46,689 nucleotides of DNA from Gemmatimonadales bacterium (GTDB taxonomy: Bacteria > Gemmatimonadota > Gemmatimonadetes > Gemmatimonadales > GWC2-71-9), in the NCBI GenBank assembly GCA_038320055.1, contig JBBQDU010000001.1, forward strand, positions 1 through 46,689. The letters are read 5' to 3'. The notes below the pieces were generated by a model. It saw only the letters and a list, made by a program, of their open reading frames with translations. It was not told the origin of the DNA and ran no database searches. The translations under genes were made by a program, and so were the position numbers. Positions 16,358 to 24,932 of the stretch are shown piece after piece; the first letter of the stretch is position 1; each line of letters starts with the position of its first letter.

Positions 16358-18070
16358 TCACTGCTGGCACGGCGCCCGCGGATCCGGTTTGGGCTGGTCC
16401 ACCACCACCCGGTGGTCGAGGTCGGCCACGCGCCCCGCCAGCGCCGCCACGTAGCGGACCACCGACGCAAACTTGTCGAGGTCGAGGTACTGCACTTCGT
16501 CGGTCGGCTGGTGGTAATCCCGGTGGCTGCCCGAGCTGAAGAAGGCGATCGGGATGCCGTAGCGCGCGTACATGGCGTGGTCGCTCCGGCAGTAGTACTG
16601 GTCGGGGTGGCCGTTGGCGTCGTAGGCGTAGTTGAACGTGAAGCCGTACTTGCCGTCGGTGTTGACCTGCTCGACCAGATCGCCGAGTTCGGTCGAGAGC
16701 CGCCGGGACCCGAGCACCTCCAGGTACCCGGGACCGCCGCCGGCCACATCCTCCGGGCCGCCGCGCCCGATCATGTCGATGTTGATCTGGGCCACGATCG
16801 AGTCGCGCGGGACGGTCGGGTGATCGGTGAACCAGCGGCTGCCCTGCAGGCCCGACTCCTCTCCGCTGTGCCAGACGAAGAGCAGCGACCGCCTGGGACG
16901 CGCTCCCCCGCGCGCCGCCGCCTCGGCGATCTCCAGCAGTCCCATGGATCCGGACCCGTCGTCGTCGGCGCCGTTCACGATCGAATCCAGGCGGGCAGGT
17001 CTGAGCCGGCGCAGGCTGTCGAGCATCGCACGGATCCGGGCCGCCTCCGCCGTTGACGGGTCACGCGGCGCGTCGTTCGCGCCGCGAGGCCGGAGCACGG
17101 TGTTGTAGGCCCGGAGACTGTCGTGGTCCACCGGGGCCACGATGCCGATGGCGTCGTTGTGCGCGCCCAGCGCCACGTACTGCCCGCGCAGCGTGGGGTC
17201 GGAGCCGTCGACAATGCCGATGACGTTCGTGGCGGACAGCTCGGTGCGGTTGAACTGGACGTCGCCCTGCACGGCGGCGCCGGTGTCGCCGGGACGAAGG
17301 GCGTCGAGCGGCCGGCCGAACAGCTTCTCGATCGCCGCGGTGGGGAGGAACAACATCCGCGGCTGCGTGACCCCAGGGGGCACCCGGACCTCCTCCGCCA
17401 CCTCCTGGCGCGGCTCCTCGAAATACTCGGCGAACTGCGCCAGCAGCGGATCGATCTGCGTGATCGCGATGCCGGCGACCTGCCCCAACCGCCCCTCGGG
17501 CCCCAGGTCCGGCGCGCCGAGGGAATTGCCCGTGGCTTCGCTCCGGAACACCACCAGCTTGCCGCGCAGTGCTTCACGGTCGGGCAGCGCCGACGAATCT
17601 CCCGCGGTGCCGATATAGATCACCGGGGCCCCATCGAGCGGTCGCACGGGCACGGCGAAGGTCGGTTGGTAGGGGAAATAGTCGCGAAACAGCGTCAGCG
17701 TGGACGAGCCGGCGCGGAGGGTGGCCTTGACCGTGTCGATCGCGTAGCTCGCCAGCGGCACGTGCTGGAGATAGCCGCCGTCGTCCCCGCCCGGGCGTAG
17801 GCCCAGCCTGGCCAACTCGCCCGCGATGTAGGCGTTGCCCCGCGCGTTGCCCGGCGTGCCCGAGCGCCGGCCCCGCATCGAGTCGTCGGCGAAGATCGAG
17901 CTGCGGATCTTCAGATCGGCCGGGGTGATCGCGGGCGTGGTGCCCCCGGCGGGCGCCGGTGTCACGGGGGTGCCGGCGCCGCCGCAGGCAGAGGCCGCGG
18001 GCAGCAGGGTGACGAGCAGGAAGCAGAAGCCGCGCATGGAGGGCCGCCGTAGAAGAGGAAACGTGAACAC
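16358..18070 (-). CDS. M28-family metallo-aminopeptidase with PA-like insert; secreted or lipoprotein
   Basis: Signal/lipobox LLVTLLPAASAC. M28 zinc-ligand regions are present: VALGAHNDAIG, NGADDDGSG, LLFVWHSGEESGLQGSRWF and DMIGR. The start is GTG 18070 (preceded by AAGGGGAGG) or ATG 18037. Confidence 0.82.
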   Translation of the reverse strand: MFTFPLLRRPSMRGFCFLLVTLLPAASACGGAGTPVTPAPAGGTTPAITPADLKIRSSIFADDSMRGRRSGTPGNARGNAYIAGELARLGLRPGGDDGGYLQHVPLASYAIDTVKATLRAGSSTLTLFRDYFPYQPTFAVPVRPLDGAPVIYIGTAGDSSALPDREALRGKLVVFRSEATGNSLGAPDLGPEGRLGQVAGIAITQIDPLLAQFAEYFEEPRQEVAEEVRVPPGVTQPRMLFLPTAAIEKLFGRPLDALRPGDTGAAVQGDVQFNRTELSATNVIGIVDGSDPTLRGQYVALGAHNDAIGIVAPVDHDSLRAYNTVLRPRGANDAPRDPSTAEAARIRAMLDSLRRLRPARLDSIVNGADDDGSGSMGLLEIAEAAARGGARPRRSLLFVWHSGEESGLQGSRWFTDHPTVPRDSIVAQINIDMIGRGGPEDVAGGGPGYLEVLGSRRLSTELGDLVEQVNTDGKYGFTFNYAYDANGHPDQYYCRSDHAMYARYGIPIAFFSSGSHRDYHQPTDEVQYLDLDKFASVVRYVAALAGRVADLDHRVVVDQPKPDPRAPCQQ

Positions 18071-18234
18071 CGCCTCCCCTTACCGCGGGCGGCCCCGAAT
18101 CGTTTCACCGGGCGCCGCCCGCCGCCAGTCCGACATCCCGCCTGAGCGGGCCGTCCCGGTCAACCCTTCGAGCGCTCCGGCTGTCCAACACTCCGTCCTA
18201 CCGCCGCCGCTCACCTTCGCTCGCGAGGATCCCG

Positions 18235-20880
18235 ATGCTCGCTGCCTCCCTCGGCCTGGCGCTCGTTGCACTGGCCGGCCCCGGCCAGCACGACACCCTC
18301 CCGCGCATCCCGACCCTAGGCGTGATGGCGGCGCGGGTCACCGGCGCGGTCTCGGTGGACGGCGTGCTGGACGAAGCGGCGTGGGCGGCGGCGAGCCCGG
18401 TGACCGCCTTCGTCCAGCGCGAGCCGCACGAGGGCACTGCCGCCAGCGAGCGCACCGAGGTGCGTATCCTGTACGACGACGGGGCGCTCTATGTCGGTGC
18501 GCGGCTGTACGATCGGGCCCCCGACTCGGTGCTGGCGCTGCTCGCGCGGCGCGACCGGTTCTCCGGCTCCGACCGCTTCACGGTCTTCCTCGACAGCTAC
18601 CACGATCGTCGCACCGGCTTCTTCTTCGGCATCAACGCGGCGGGGACCCTCTACGACGGCACGCTCTCCAACGACGAGTGGGACGACGACACCTGGGACG
18701 GCGTCTGGCAGGGCAAGGCCGCGCGCGATTCGCTCGGCTGGACGGCCGAGCTCCGGATCCCGTACTCGCAGCTCCGGTTCGAGAAGCAGGGCGGCTATCG
18801 CTGGGGCATCAACTTCTTCCGGCTCATCGCCCGGCGGAACGAGCGCGACTTCGTGGCGTACCGGCCGAGCGAGGGAAGCGGGTTCGTCTCCCGCTTCCCC
18901 ACGCTCGAGGGAATCGAAAGCGTCTCCCCGCCCGCCCGGCTGGAAGTGCTGCCGTACGCCACGAGCCGCGCGGAGTACACCGCCCACGAAGCGGGCGATC
19001 CGTTCCGCGACGGCTCGCGCTTTGGCGCCGGGGCAGGCACCGACTTCAAGCTGGGGCTCGGCGGCAACCTGACGCTGGCGGGCACGGTGAACCCGGATTT
19101 CGGCCAGGTCGAAGTCGATCCGGCCGTGGTCAATCTGAGCGACGTCGAGACCTTCTTCGACGAACGCCGCCCGTTCTTCGTCGAAGGCTCCAGCATCTTC
19201 GAGTTCGGCTCGGGCGGCGCCAACGACTTCTGGGGGTTCAATTGGGCCGACCCGACGTTTCTCTACACCCGCCGCATCGGGCGCGCGCCGGAGGGCGAAC
19301 AGCCCGACAACGATTTCGCCGTGGTCCCGGACGGAACCACGATTCTCGGCGCACTCAAGCTCAGCGGCAAGGTCGGGAACTGGAGCCTGGGCACCCTGAG
19401 CGCGCTCACGGACCGCGAAGTCGGCCGGTTCACACTCGGGAACCGGCGGTGGCGCTCGGAGCTCGAGCCGCGGACCTACTACGGCCTCTACCGCGCGCAG
19501 AAGGAGTTCGCCGAAGGCCGGCGGGGGCTCGGCATACTCGGCACCGCCACCCACCGCTTCTTCGGCACCTCCGGCCTCCGGGACGAGCTCAACGCCGACG
19601 GTCTGGGCCTGGGCGTGGACGGCTGGACGACGCTCGACCCGAACGGAAGGTGGGTTCTCACGGGGTGGGCCGGCATGAGCCGCGTGAGCGGGACCGCGGG
19701 ACGGCTCCGCTCCCTGCAGGAGAACTCGGTCCACTACTTCCAGCGGCCGGACGCCAGCTATCTGGGCGTGGACACGGGAGCGACGTCACTCACCGGCCTG
19801 GCCGGCCGGCTCTCGCTCAACAAGCAGCAGGGCAACTGGATGGTGAACTCCGCGGTCGGCGTCGTGGACCCCGATTACGAGGTCAACGACCTGGGCTTCC
19901 AATCCCGCGGCGACCAGATCAACACGCATCTGATGGTCGGACACAAATGGACCCGGCCGGGCCGCCTCATGCGAAGCTGGCGCGTCAACCTGGCCGCCTT
20001 CCGCGGCTGGAACTTCGGCGGCGACCGGACGTCGTCCGGGTACTTCCTCACGGGCCTGTACCAGCTGAGAAACTTCTCGGAGGGCCGGTGGTTCGTCGCC
20101 TACAACCCGCGCACCTTCAGCGACCGGCAGAGCCGCGGCGGTCCCCTCATGGCCAGTCCGGCGGGGGTGGAATGGGACGCTCAATTCGGGAGCGATCCCA
20201 ACCGGCGCTGGCTGTTCGGCCTCCGGCTCCACGGTGCGCACTACGGCGAGGGGGCGGACGACCGGTTCAGCGTCGGCACGAATGTGGAATGGAAGCTCGG
20301 CGGGCGGCTCTCGCTCCGTCTCGAGCCACTGCTGGAGCGGACCCGCACCACGTCGCAGTACGTGGACACCTTCGACGATGCCCTCGCCACGGGCACGTTC
20401 GGCCACCGCTACGTCTTCGCCGACCTCGACCAGACGACGCTCTCGGCCAGCCTCCGCTTGAACTGGATCTTCACGCCGCGCGTAAGCCTGGAGGTATATG
20501 CGCAGCCGCTGCTCTCGTCCGGGCGCTACCGCGGCTACAAGGAGCTCGCGCGGCCACGGAGCTACGCCTTCACGCCCTACCCGGCGGCCCTCGAGACGGC
20601 GGACCCCGACCGGATCGTGATCGATCCCGACGGCCCGGACGGCCCGGCCGACCCACGGGAGATCGACGATCCCGATTTCTCCCTCGCGTCGCTCCGCGGC
20701 AACGCGGTGCTCCGGTGGGAATACCTGCCGGGATCGACCTTCTTCCTCGTCTGGTCCCAGAACCGGGCCGACACCGAGACGATCGGCGGGTTTCGCGCCG
20801 GTCACTCGCTGAGCCGCCTGTTCGGCGCGAAGGCGGACAACATCTTCCTGGTCAAGATCTCGTACTGGTGGAATCCGTAG
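18235..20880 (+). CDS. CBM9-like carbohydrate-binding domain plus DUF5916 beta-rich domain protein (secreted or outer membrane)
   Basis: 881 aa with a signal peptide. The N-terminal region IDGVLDEAAW..A.P...F.Q.EP.EG..ASE.TEVRILYDD.ALYVGARLYD is recalled as typical of the DUF5916 family. The C-terminal end (NIFLVKISYWWNP) looks like a terminal beta-strand. GAGGA lies 6 nt before the ATG. Confidence 0.65.
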   Translation: MLAASLGLALVALAGPGQHDTLPRIPTLGVMAARVTGAVSVDGVLDEAAWAAASPVTAFVQREPHEGTAASERTEVRILYDDGALYVGARLYDRAPDSVLALLARRDRFSGSDRFTVFLDSYHDRRTGFFFGINAAGTLYDGTLSNDEWDDDTWDGVWQGKAARDSLGWTAELRIPYSQLRFEKQGGYRWGINFFRLIARRNERDFVAYRPSEGSGFVSRFPTLEGIESVSPPARLEVLPYATSRAEYTAHEAGDPFRDGSRFGAGAGTDFKLGLGGNLTLAGTVNPDFGQVEVDPAVVNLSDVETFFDERRPFFVEGSSIFEFGSGGANDFWGFNWADPTFLYTRRIGRAPEGEQPDNDFAVVPDGTTILGALKLSGKVGNWSLGTLSALTDREVGRFTLGNRRWRSELEPRTYYGLYRAQKEFAEGRRGLGILGTATHRFFGTSGLRDELNADGLGLGVDGWTTLDPNGRWVLTGWAGMSRVSGTAGRLRSLQENSVHYFQRPDASYLGVDTGATSLTGLAGRLSLNKQQGNWMVNSAVGVVDPDYEVNDLGFQSRGDQINTHLMVGHKWTRPGRLMRSWRVNLAAFRGWNFGGDRTSSGYFLTGLYQLRNFSEGRWFVAYNPRTFSDRQSRGGPLMASPAGVEWDAQFGSDPNRRWLFGLRLHGAHYGEGADDRFSVGTNVEWKLGGRLSLRLEPLLERTRTTSQYVDTFDDALATGTFGHRYVFADLDQTTLSASLRLNWIFTPRVSLEVYAQPLLSSGRYRGYKELARPRSYAFTPYPAALETADPDRIVIDPDGPDGPADPREIDDPDFSLASLRGNAVLRWEYLPGSTFFLVWSQNRADTETIGGFRAGHSLSRLFGAKADNIFLVKISYWWNP

Positions 20881-20932
20881 CGGTGGCGCCATCCCGGGCC
20901 GCCCCCCGGACGCCCCCATTACATTCCCCCGT

Positions 20933-22000
20933 ATGCGGGCCCTCACCCATGCGCGCCTCGCCGCCGTCGTGTTCGCAGCCGCATGCGGTGAGCAGACGCC
21001 GCCGGCGCCCGTCCTGACGCTCGGCGCACCCGCCGACACGATTCCCACCACCTTGTCCGAGGTGACCACCGGAATCTGGCTCGGCGGCGACCGGTGGGTG
21101 CTCCTGGCCGCGCCGGACGAGCAGGTGGCCATCGTGGACGGCGCGGCGCGCACGGTGACACCCTTCGGCGAAGGCGGGGAGCTGCGGAACCCGTCCACCC
21201 TCTTCCGTGCAGGCGACACCCTGTACGTCGGGGACTGGGGCCTGCGCCGGGTCTCGCGCTGGACGCTGGATGGACGCTTTGCCGGGGCGGTGCCGACGTG
21301 GGATGCGGCGCGGGGCGCGCTGCCCAGCGGGCGCGACGCGGCCGGCCGGTTCTACGTGGAGCTGACGCCGCGGCCCGGCCCCGACGGCCGCGGGAACCGC
21401 GACTCCGCCGTCGTGGTGCGCGGGGTGCCGGCGGCGGCCACCCCGGATACCGTCGCGCGGCTGGCGCCGCTCGATGTGGCGGAGGTGATGGGCGACGCGG
21501 GCCGCCGCTTCGAGCAGCGCGTGTTCAGCGGCGCGGATCAGTGGGGCGTGCTTCCCGACGGATCGCTCTGGGTGGGACGGGTGTACGAGAACCGGGTCGA
21601 CTGGCGGGATGGCACGGGCGCGTGGACGCGCGGCCAGCCGCTCCCCGACCGGATCCTCGAGGTCACGCGCTACGACCGCGAGTTGTTTCTGCGCCGGTTT
21701 CCCGCCGAGCTTCGCGGCACCGCCGAGCAGCTCCCGTTCGCGGCGGTGAAGCCTCCGTTCGAGGCCGGCCTCACCGGCCCGGCCGGGGAGGTCTGGCTGG
21801 AGAAGAGCCGGGCGCCGGTCGATTCCAGCCGCCGGTATCACCTCGTGGACCGGCGCGGGCGTCTGCGCTCGGAGATCCGCGTGCCGGGTACCGGGCGTAT
21901 CATCGCCGTGGCACCGGGCATCCTGCTGGTGGCGGAGCCGTCCCGCGAAGGCGTTCGGCTTCTGCGGTTCACGCTGCCGACGGCCGGGGCCGCCGAATAA
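20933..22000 (+). CDS. Hypothetical lipoprotein, paralogue 1 of a tandem pair
   Basis: Signal plus Cys (AAVVFAAAC). It shares blocks with the next gene: WGVLPDGSLWVGRVYENRVDWRDGTGAWTRG against FGVLPDGTAWLARGRENRIDWRTPAGEWTRG, and PFEAGLTGPAGEVWLEKSRA against PFEFALARQNGEVWLQQPRA. Confidence 0.6.
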   Translation: MRALTHARLAAVVFAAACGEQTPPAPVLTLGAPADTIPTTLSEVTTGIWLGGDRWVLLAAPDEQVAIVDGAARTVTPFGEGGELRNPSTLFRAGDTLYVGDWGLRRVSRWTLDGRFAGAVPTWDAARGALPSGRDAAGRFYVELTPRPGPDGRGNRDSAVVVRGVPAAATPDTVARLAPLDVAEVMGDAGRRFEQRVFSGADQWGVLPDGSLWVGRVYENRVDWRDGTGAWTRGQPLPDRILEVTRYDRELFLRRFPAELRGTAEQLPFAAVKPPFEAGLTGPAGEVWLEKSRAPVDSSRRYHLVDRRGRLRSEIRVPGTGRIIAVAPGILLVAEPSREGVRLLRFTLPTAGAAE

Positions 22001-22034
22001 CGTGGACGATCCTGTCTCTCGGAGGAATGACTGC

Positions 22035-23138
22035 ATGAAGTTGGCACCATCGTACTGCGCGCTGGCGCTGCTGGCCCTGGGCTGCACCCCGGCCCAAAGC
22101 CAGGTGGGCCTCACGCTCGAGAAAAAGCTGCCGGTCACCTTCGCCCAGGTCAGCAACGTCGTCGAGCTGCGCGACGGCCGCGTCGTCTTCGCCGATACCC
22201 GGGCGAAGCATTTCCTGGCCGCCGACCTGCAGACCGGCCGGGTGGATACCCTCGGGACCCGGGTGGACTCTCTGGTTCGGAACGCGCCCGCGGAGCAGTA
22301 TCGTTTTCCGGGGTGGGTGGCGCATCTGGGCGGCGATACCATCGCCCTGGTGGATTTCGGCGCGATCCGCACTACGCTGTGGAGCGAGTCGGGAAAGTCG
22401 CTCGGCGTGCTGCCGATCGCCCAAGTGGCGGGCAGCACGCCCGTGCTGGTCTATGACACGGTGGGTCATGTCTACAAGGTGGACTACCAGGCGGTAATCG
22501 GCGGCGCGGAGCCGGGCGCCATCGTGCGGCCGGACAGCATCCCGGTCGTCCGCATCGCGCTCAAGACGGGCCAGGTGGACACGGTGGCCAATCTCGCCTC
22601 GCCCGAGTATGGCGACGCGGTGTTCGGCGAGCAGACCCAGCAGGCCGCGAAGGTGTTCGCTCCGAACGATTTCTTCGGGGTGCTGCCCGACGGCACGGCG
22701 TGGCTGGCGCGCGGCCGCGAGAATCGGATCGATTGGCGTACGCCGGCCGGCGAGTGGACGCGCGGAGCCCCGCACAAGTTCACCAAGATGCCGGTGACCC
22801 AGGCCGATAGAGATCGCGTCCTCAAGCAGGTGCGCGAGCAGGGGAAGCAATTCGGCATGCCGCAGGAGCTGTCGATCACCTATCCGTTCGCCACCACCAA
22901 GGCGCCGTTCGAGTTCGCGCTGGCCCGGCAGAACGGGGAGGTCTGGTTGCAGCAGCCGCGGGCCCAGGAGGACGCGCCGCTGGTCTACGACGTCTACACC
23001 CGGAAGGGGGGCTGGCAGCGCGCGGTGGCGTTCCCCAAGGGGGCGTCATTGGCCGGGTTCGGACCGAAGGGCGCCGTCTACGGGTCGATCAAGGATGCCG
23101 AGGGACAGCGGACGGTTGGGCGGTTCAAGCTGAAGTAG
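22035..23138 (+). CDS. Hypothetical lipoprotein, paralogue 2 of a tandem pair
   Basis: ATG 22035 is preceded by GGAGG (22021-22025). Lipobox ALLALGC. Paralogous to 20933..22000 (see the shared blocks there). The listed ORF start 22002 is upstream of the RBS. Confidence 0.65.
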   Translation: MKLAPSYCALALLALGCTPAQSQVGLTLEKKLPVTFAQVSNVVELRDGRVVFADTRAKHFLAADLQTGRVDTLGTRVDSLVRNAPAEQYRFPGWVAHLGGDTIALVDFGAIRTTLWSESGKSLGVLPIAQVAGSTPVLVYDTVGHVYKVDYQAVIGGAEPGAIVRPDSIPVVRIALKTGQVDTVANLASPEYGDAVFGEQTQQAAKVFAPNDFFGVLPDGTAWLARGRENRIDWRTPAGEWTRGAPHKFTKMPVTQADRDRVLKQVREQGKQFGMPQELSITYPFATTKAPFEFALARQNGEVWLQQPRAQEDAPLVYDVYTRKGGWQRAVAFPKGASLAGFGPKGAVYGSIKDAEGQRTVGRFKLK

Positions 23139-23159
23139 GCGCGGCTCCCGTCACCGGGC

Positions 23160-23885
23160 TCAATCCGGCATGGGCGGCTCGTCGCCCGGAGGGGTGTTCG
23201 GGCCCTGGCGATCGGCGCGGCGACGGTCCCGCCGCCGCCCTTCCTCGTACCACCGCCGCGTGATCTCTCCGGCCAGATCGCGGTTGCCGAGCCCGAAGGC
23301 CAGCCCGACGGCCAGCGCCACCGCGCCCAGCGTGAGGGTGAAGGCGGCGGTCACGATCTCGTCGGCGACGCCCACCTGCTGCAGCGCCATGAAGACGGCG
23401 ATGACCACGACCGCGCCCTTGGCGATCTTGGCCACGGTGGGCACGCCCGACACCGTTCCCGCCGAGGCGAGGATCAGCCCTCGGACGAACTCGCCGACGA
23501 TGATTCCCAGAATCACGATCGCGATGCCCGCGATCAGCGTCGGAATGAACGCGAGCATCGTCCCGAACATCTGGTTGATGCTCTCCAGGCCGAGCGCCGT
23601 GCTCGCCAGCAGGATCACCACGAGCATGACGAGCCAGAAGATCAGCTTCGCGAGGGCCCGCACCGGGTCCAGCCTGGAGCCGGTGCGGCCCACGGCCTCG
23701 TCCAGCCCGCCCGCGGCGGCCATGCGGTTGAAGTCGAGCCGCTTGAGCGTGTCGTCGGCCCAGCGCTGGACCTGGCGGGCAAGGAAGTAGCCGGTCAGAA
23801 GGATCACCGCCGCGCCGACCAGCGCGGGGACCACGGTGCCGATCTGCTCGGCGCCGATGCGGAATCGTTCCCACAGGTCGCTCAC
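23160..23885 (-). CDS. Conserved TM-helix-repeat membrane protein (CmpX / MscS-N-terminal-like)
   Basis: 242 aa starting at GTG 23885, which overlaps the upstream gene's TGA (GTGA). It has four to five hydrophobic helices with repeated G/A/V/I-rich segments and a basic C-terminal tail. The rest of the listed 445-aa ORF overlaps the oxidoreductase gene out of frame and is Arg/Gly-rich junk. Confidence 0.6.
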   Translation of the reverse strand: MSDLWERFRIGAEQIGTVVPALVGAAVILLTGYFLARQVQRWADDTLKRLDFNRMAAAGGLDEAVGRTGSRLDPVRALAKLIFWLVMLVVILLASTALGLESINQMFGTMLAFIPTLIAGIAIVILGIIVGEFVRGLILASAGTVSGVPTVAKIAKGAVVVIAVFMALQQVGVADEIVTAAFTLTLGAVALAVGLAFGLGNRDLAGEITRRWYEEGRRRDRRRADRQGPNTPPGDEPPMPD

Positions 23886-24919
23886 ATCGCCACCTCGATC
23901 ACGAGTTTGCCGGTCTGCTCGCCCCGCTCGAGGCGCGCGAGTGCGGCCGGACCTTCCGCCAGCGGCACCGGCGGTTCCACCCCGGGCCACAACCGGCCGG
24001 CGTGGGCCAGCGCCACGATCTCCTCGTACTCGCGCCGGCTCCCGAGCGTCGAACCGAGGATGCTCCACTGGTGCCAGAACAAACGTCGCAGGTCCAGCGA
24101 GACCATGGGCCCGGTGGTGGCCCCGCAGATCACCAGGCGACCGCCGCGGCAGAGCGCCCGGAGCGACTCCGCCCACCGGGCCTCGCCCACGCTGTCCACG
24201 ACGACGTCGGCCCCGCGCCCCTCGGTGAGCCGGCGCACCTCGGCGACGACGTCCGCCGACGCGTGGTTCACCGCCGCATCGGCGCCCAGACGCCGGGCGG
24301 CCTCGAGCTTCGTCTCGGAGCCGCTGGTGACGATCGCGCGAGCGCCGAGGTGCCGGGCAATGCCCAGCGCGGCCTGGGCCACCCCGCCGCCGATGCCCCA
24401 GATGAGCACGGTCTCGCCGGCGCGGAGCCGCGCCCGCGTCGTGAGCATGCGCCATGCGGTGAGCGTCGCCAGCGTGAACGCCGCGGCCTCGGCCCACGGC
24501 ATCCGCTCAGGCACCGCGGCGAGATTGGCGGCCGGTACGACCACGTAGTCCGCCGCCGTCCCGGCCCGGTGCTCGCCGACGACGCGGAACGCAGCGCAGA
24601 GCGACTCCTCTCCCGCCAGGCACGCCGCGCATTTCCCGCACGACAGGCCGGGATTGAGCATGACCCGGTCGCCCACCCGCACCCGCGAGACGGCGGGGCC
24701 GACCGCCTCGACCACTCCCGCGCCGTCGGATCCCACAATGTGCGGGAAGGCGTATTGCACGCCCGGGAGTCCGTCGGCGACGAAGAGATCGAGGCGGTTG
24801 AGCGCGGCGGCGTGGACCCGCACCCGGACGTCATCCGGCTGTTCGATCTCGGGACGCGGCAGGTCCAGGAGGGCCAGGTGCTTCAGCCCACCGACGGCGT
24901 CGAGCGCCAGGGCCCTCAC
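23882..24919 (-). CDS. Zn-dependent / NADPH:quinone oxidoreductase (MDR superfamily)
   Basis: 345 aa. Contains RVRVHAAALNRLD, PHIVGSDGAGVVEAVG and GETVLIWGIGGGVAQAALGIAR (Rossmann GxGxxG); the C-terminus has GKLVIEV. Confidence 0.88.
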   Translation of the reverse strand: MRALALDAVGGLKHLALLDLPRPEIEQPDDVRVRVHAAALNRLDLFVADGLPGVQYAFPHIVGSDGAGVVEAVGPAVSRVRVGDRVMLNPGLSCGKCAACLAGEESLCAAFRVVGEHRAGTAADYVVVPAANLAAVPERMPWAEAAAFTLATLTAWRMLTTRARLRAGETVLIWGIGGGVAQAALGIARHLGARAIVTSGSETKLEAARRLGADAAVNHASADVVAEVRRLTEGRGADVVVDSVGEARWAESLRALCRGGRLVICGATTGPMVSLDLRRLFWHQWSILGSTLGSRREYEEIVALAHAGRLWPGVEPPVPLAEGPAALARLERGEQTGKLVIEVAM

Positions 24920-24932
24920 CGGGTGGCGCCGG

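Noticed and set aside
23139-23159. Possible terminator hairpin between the convergent lipoprotein and channel-like genes.
   Set aside because: Only a 4-bp stem (CCCG/CGGG) can be drawn, which is too weak to report.
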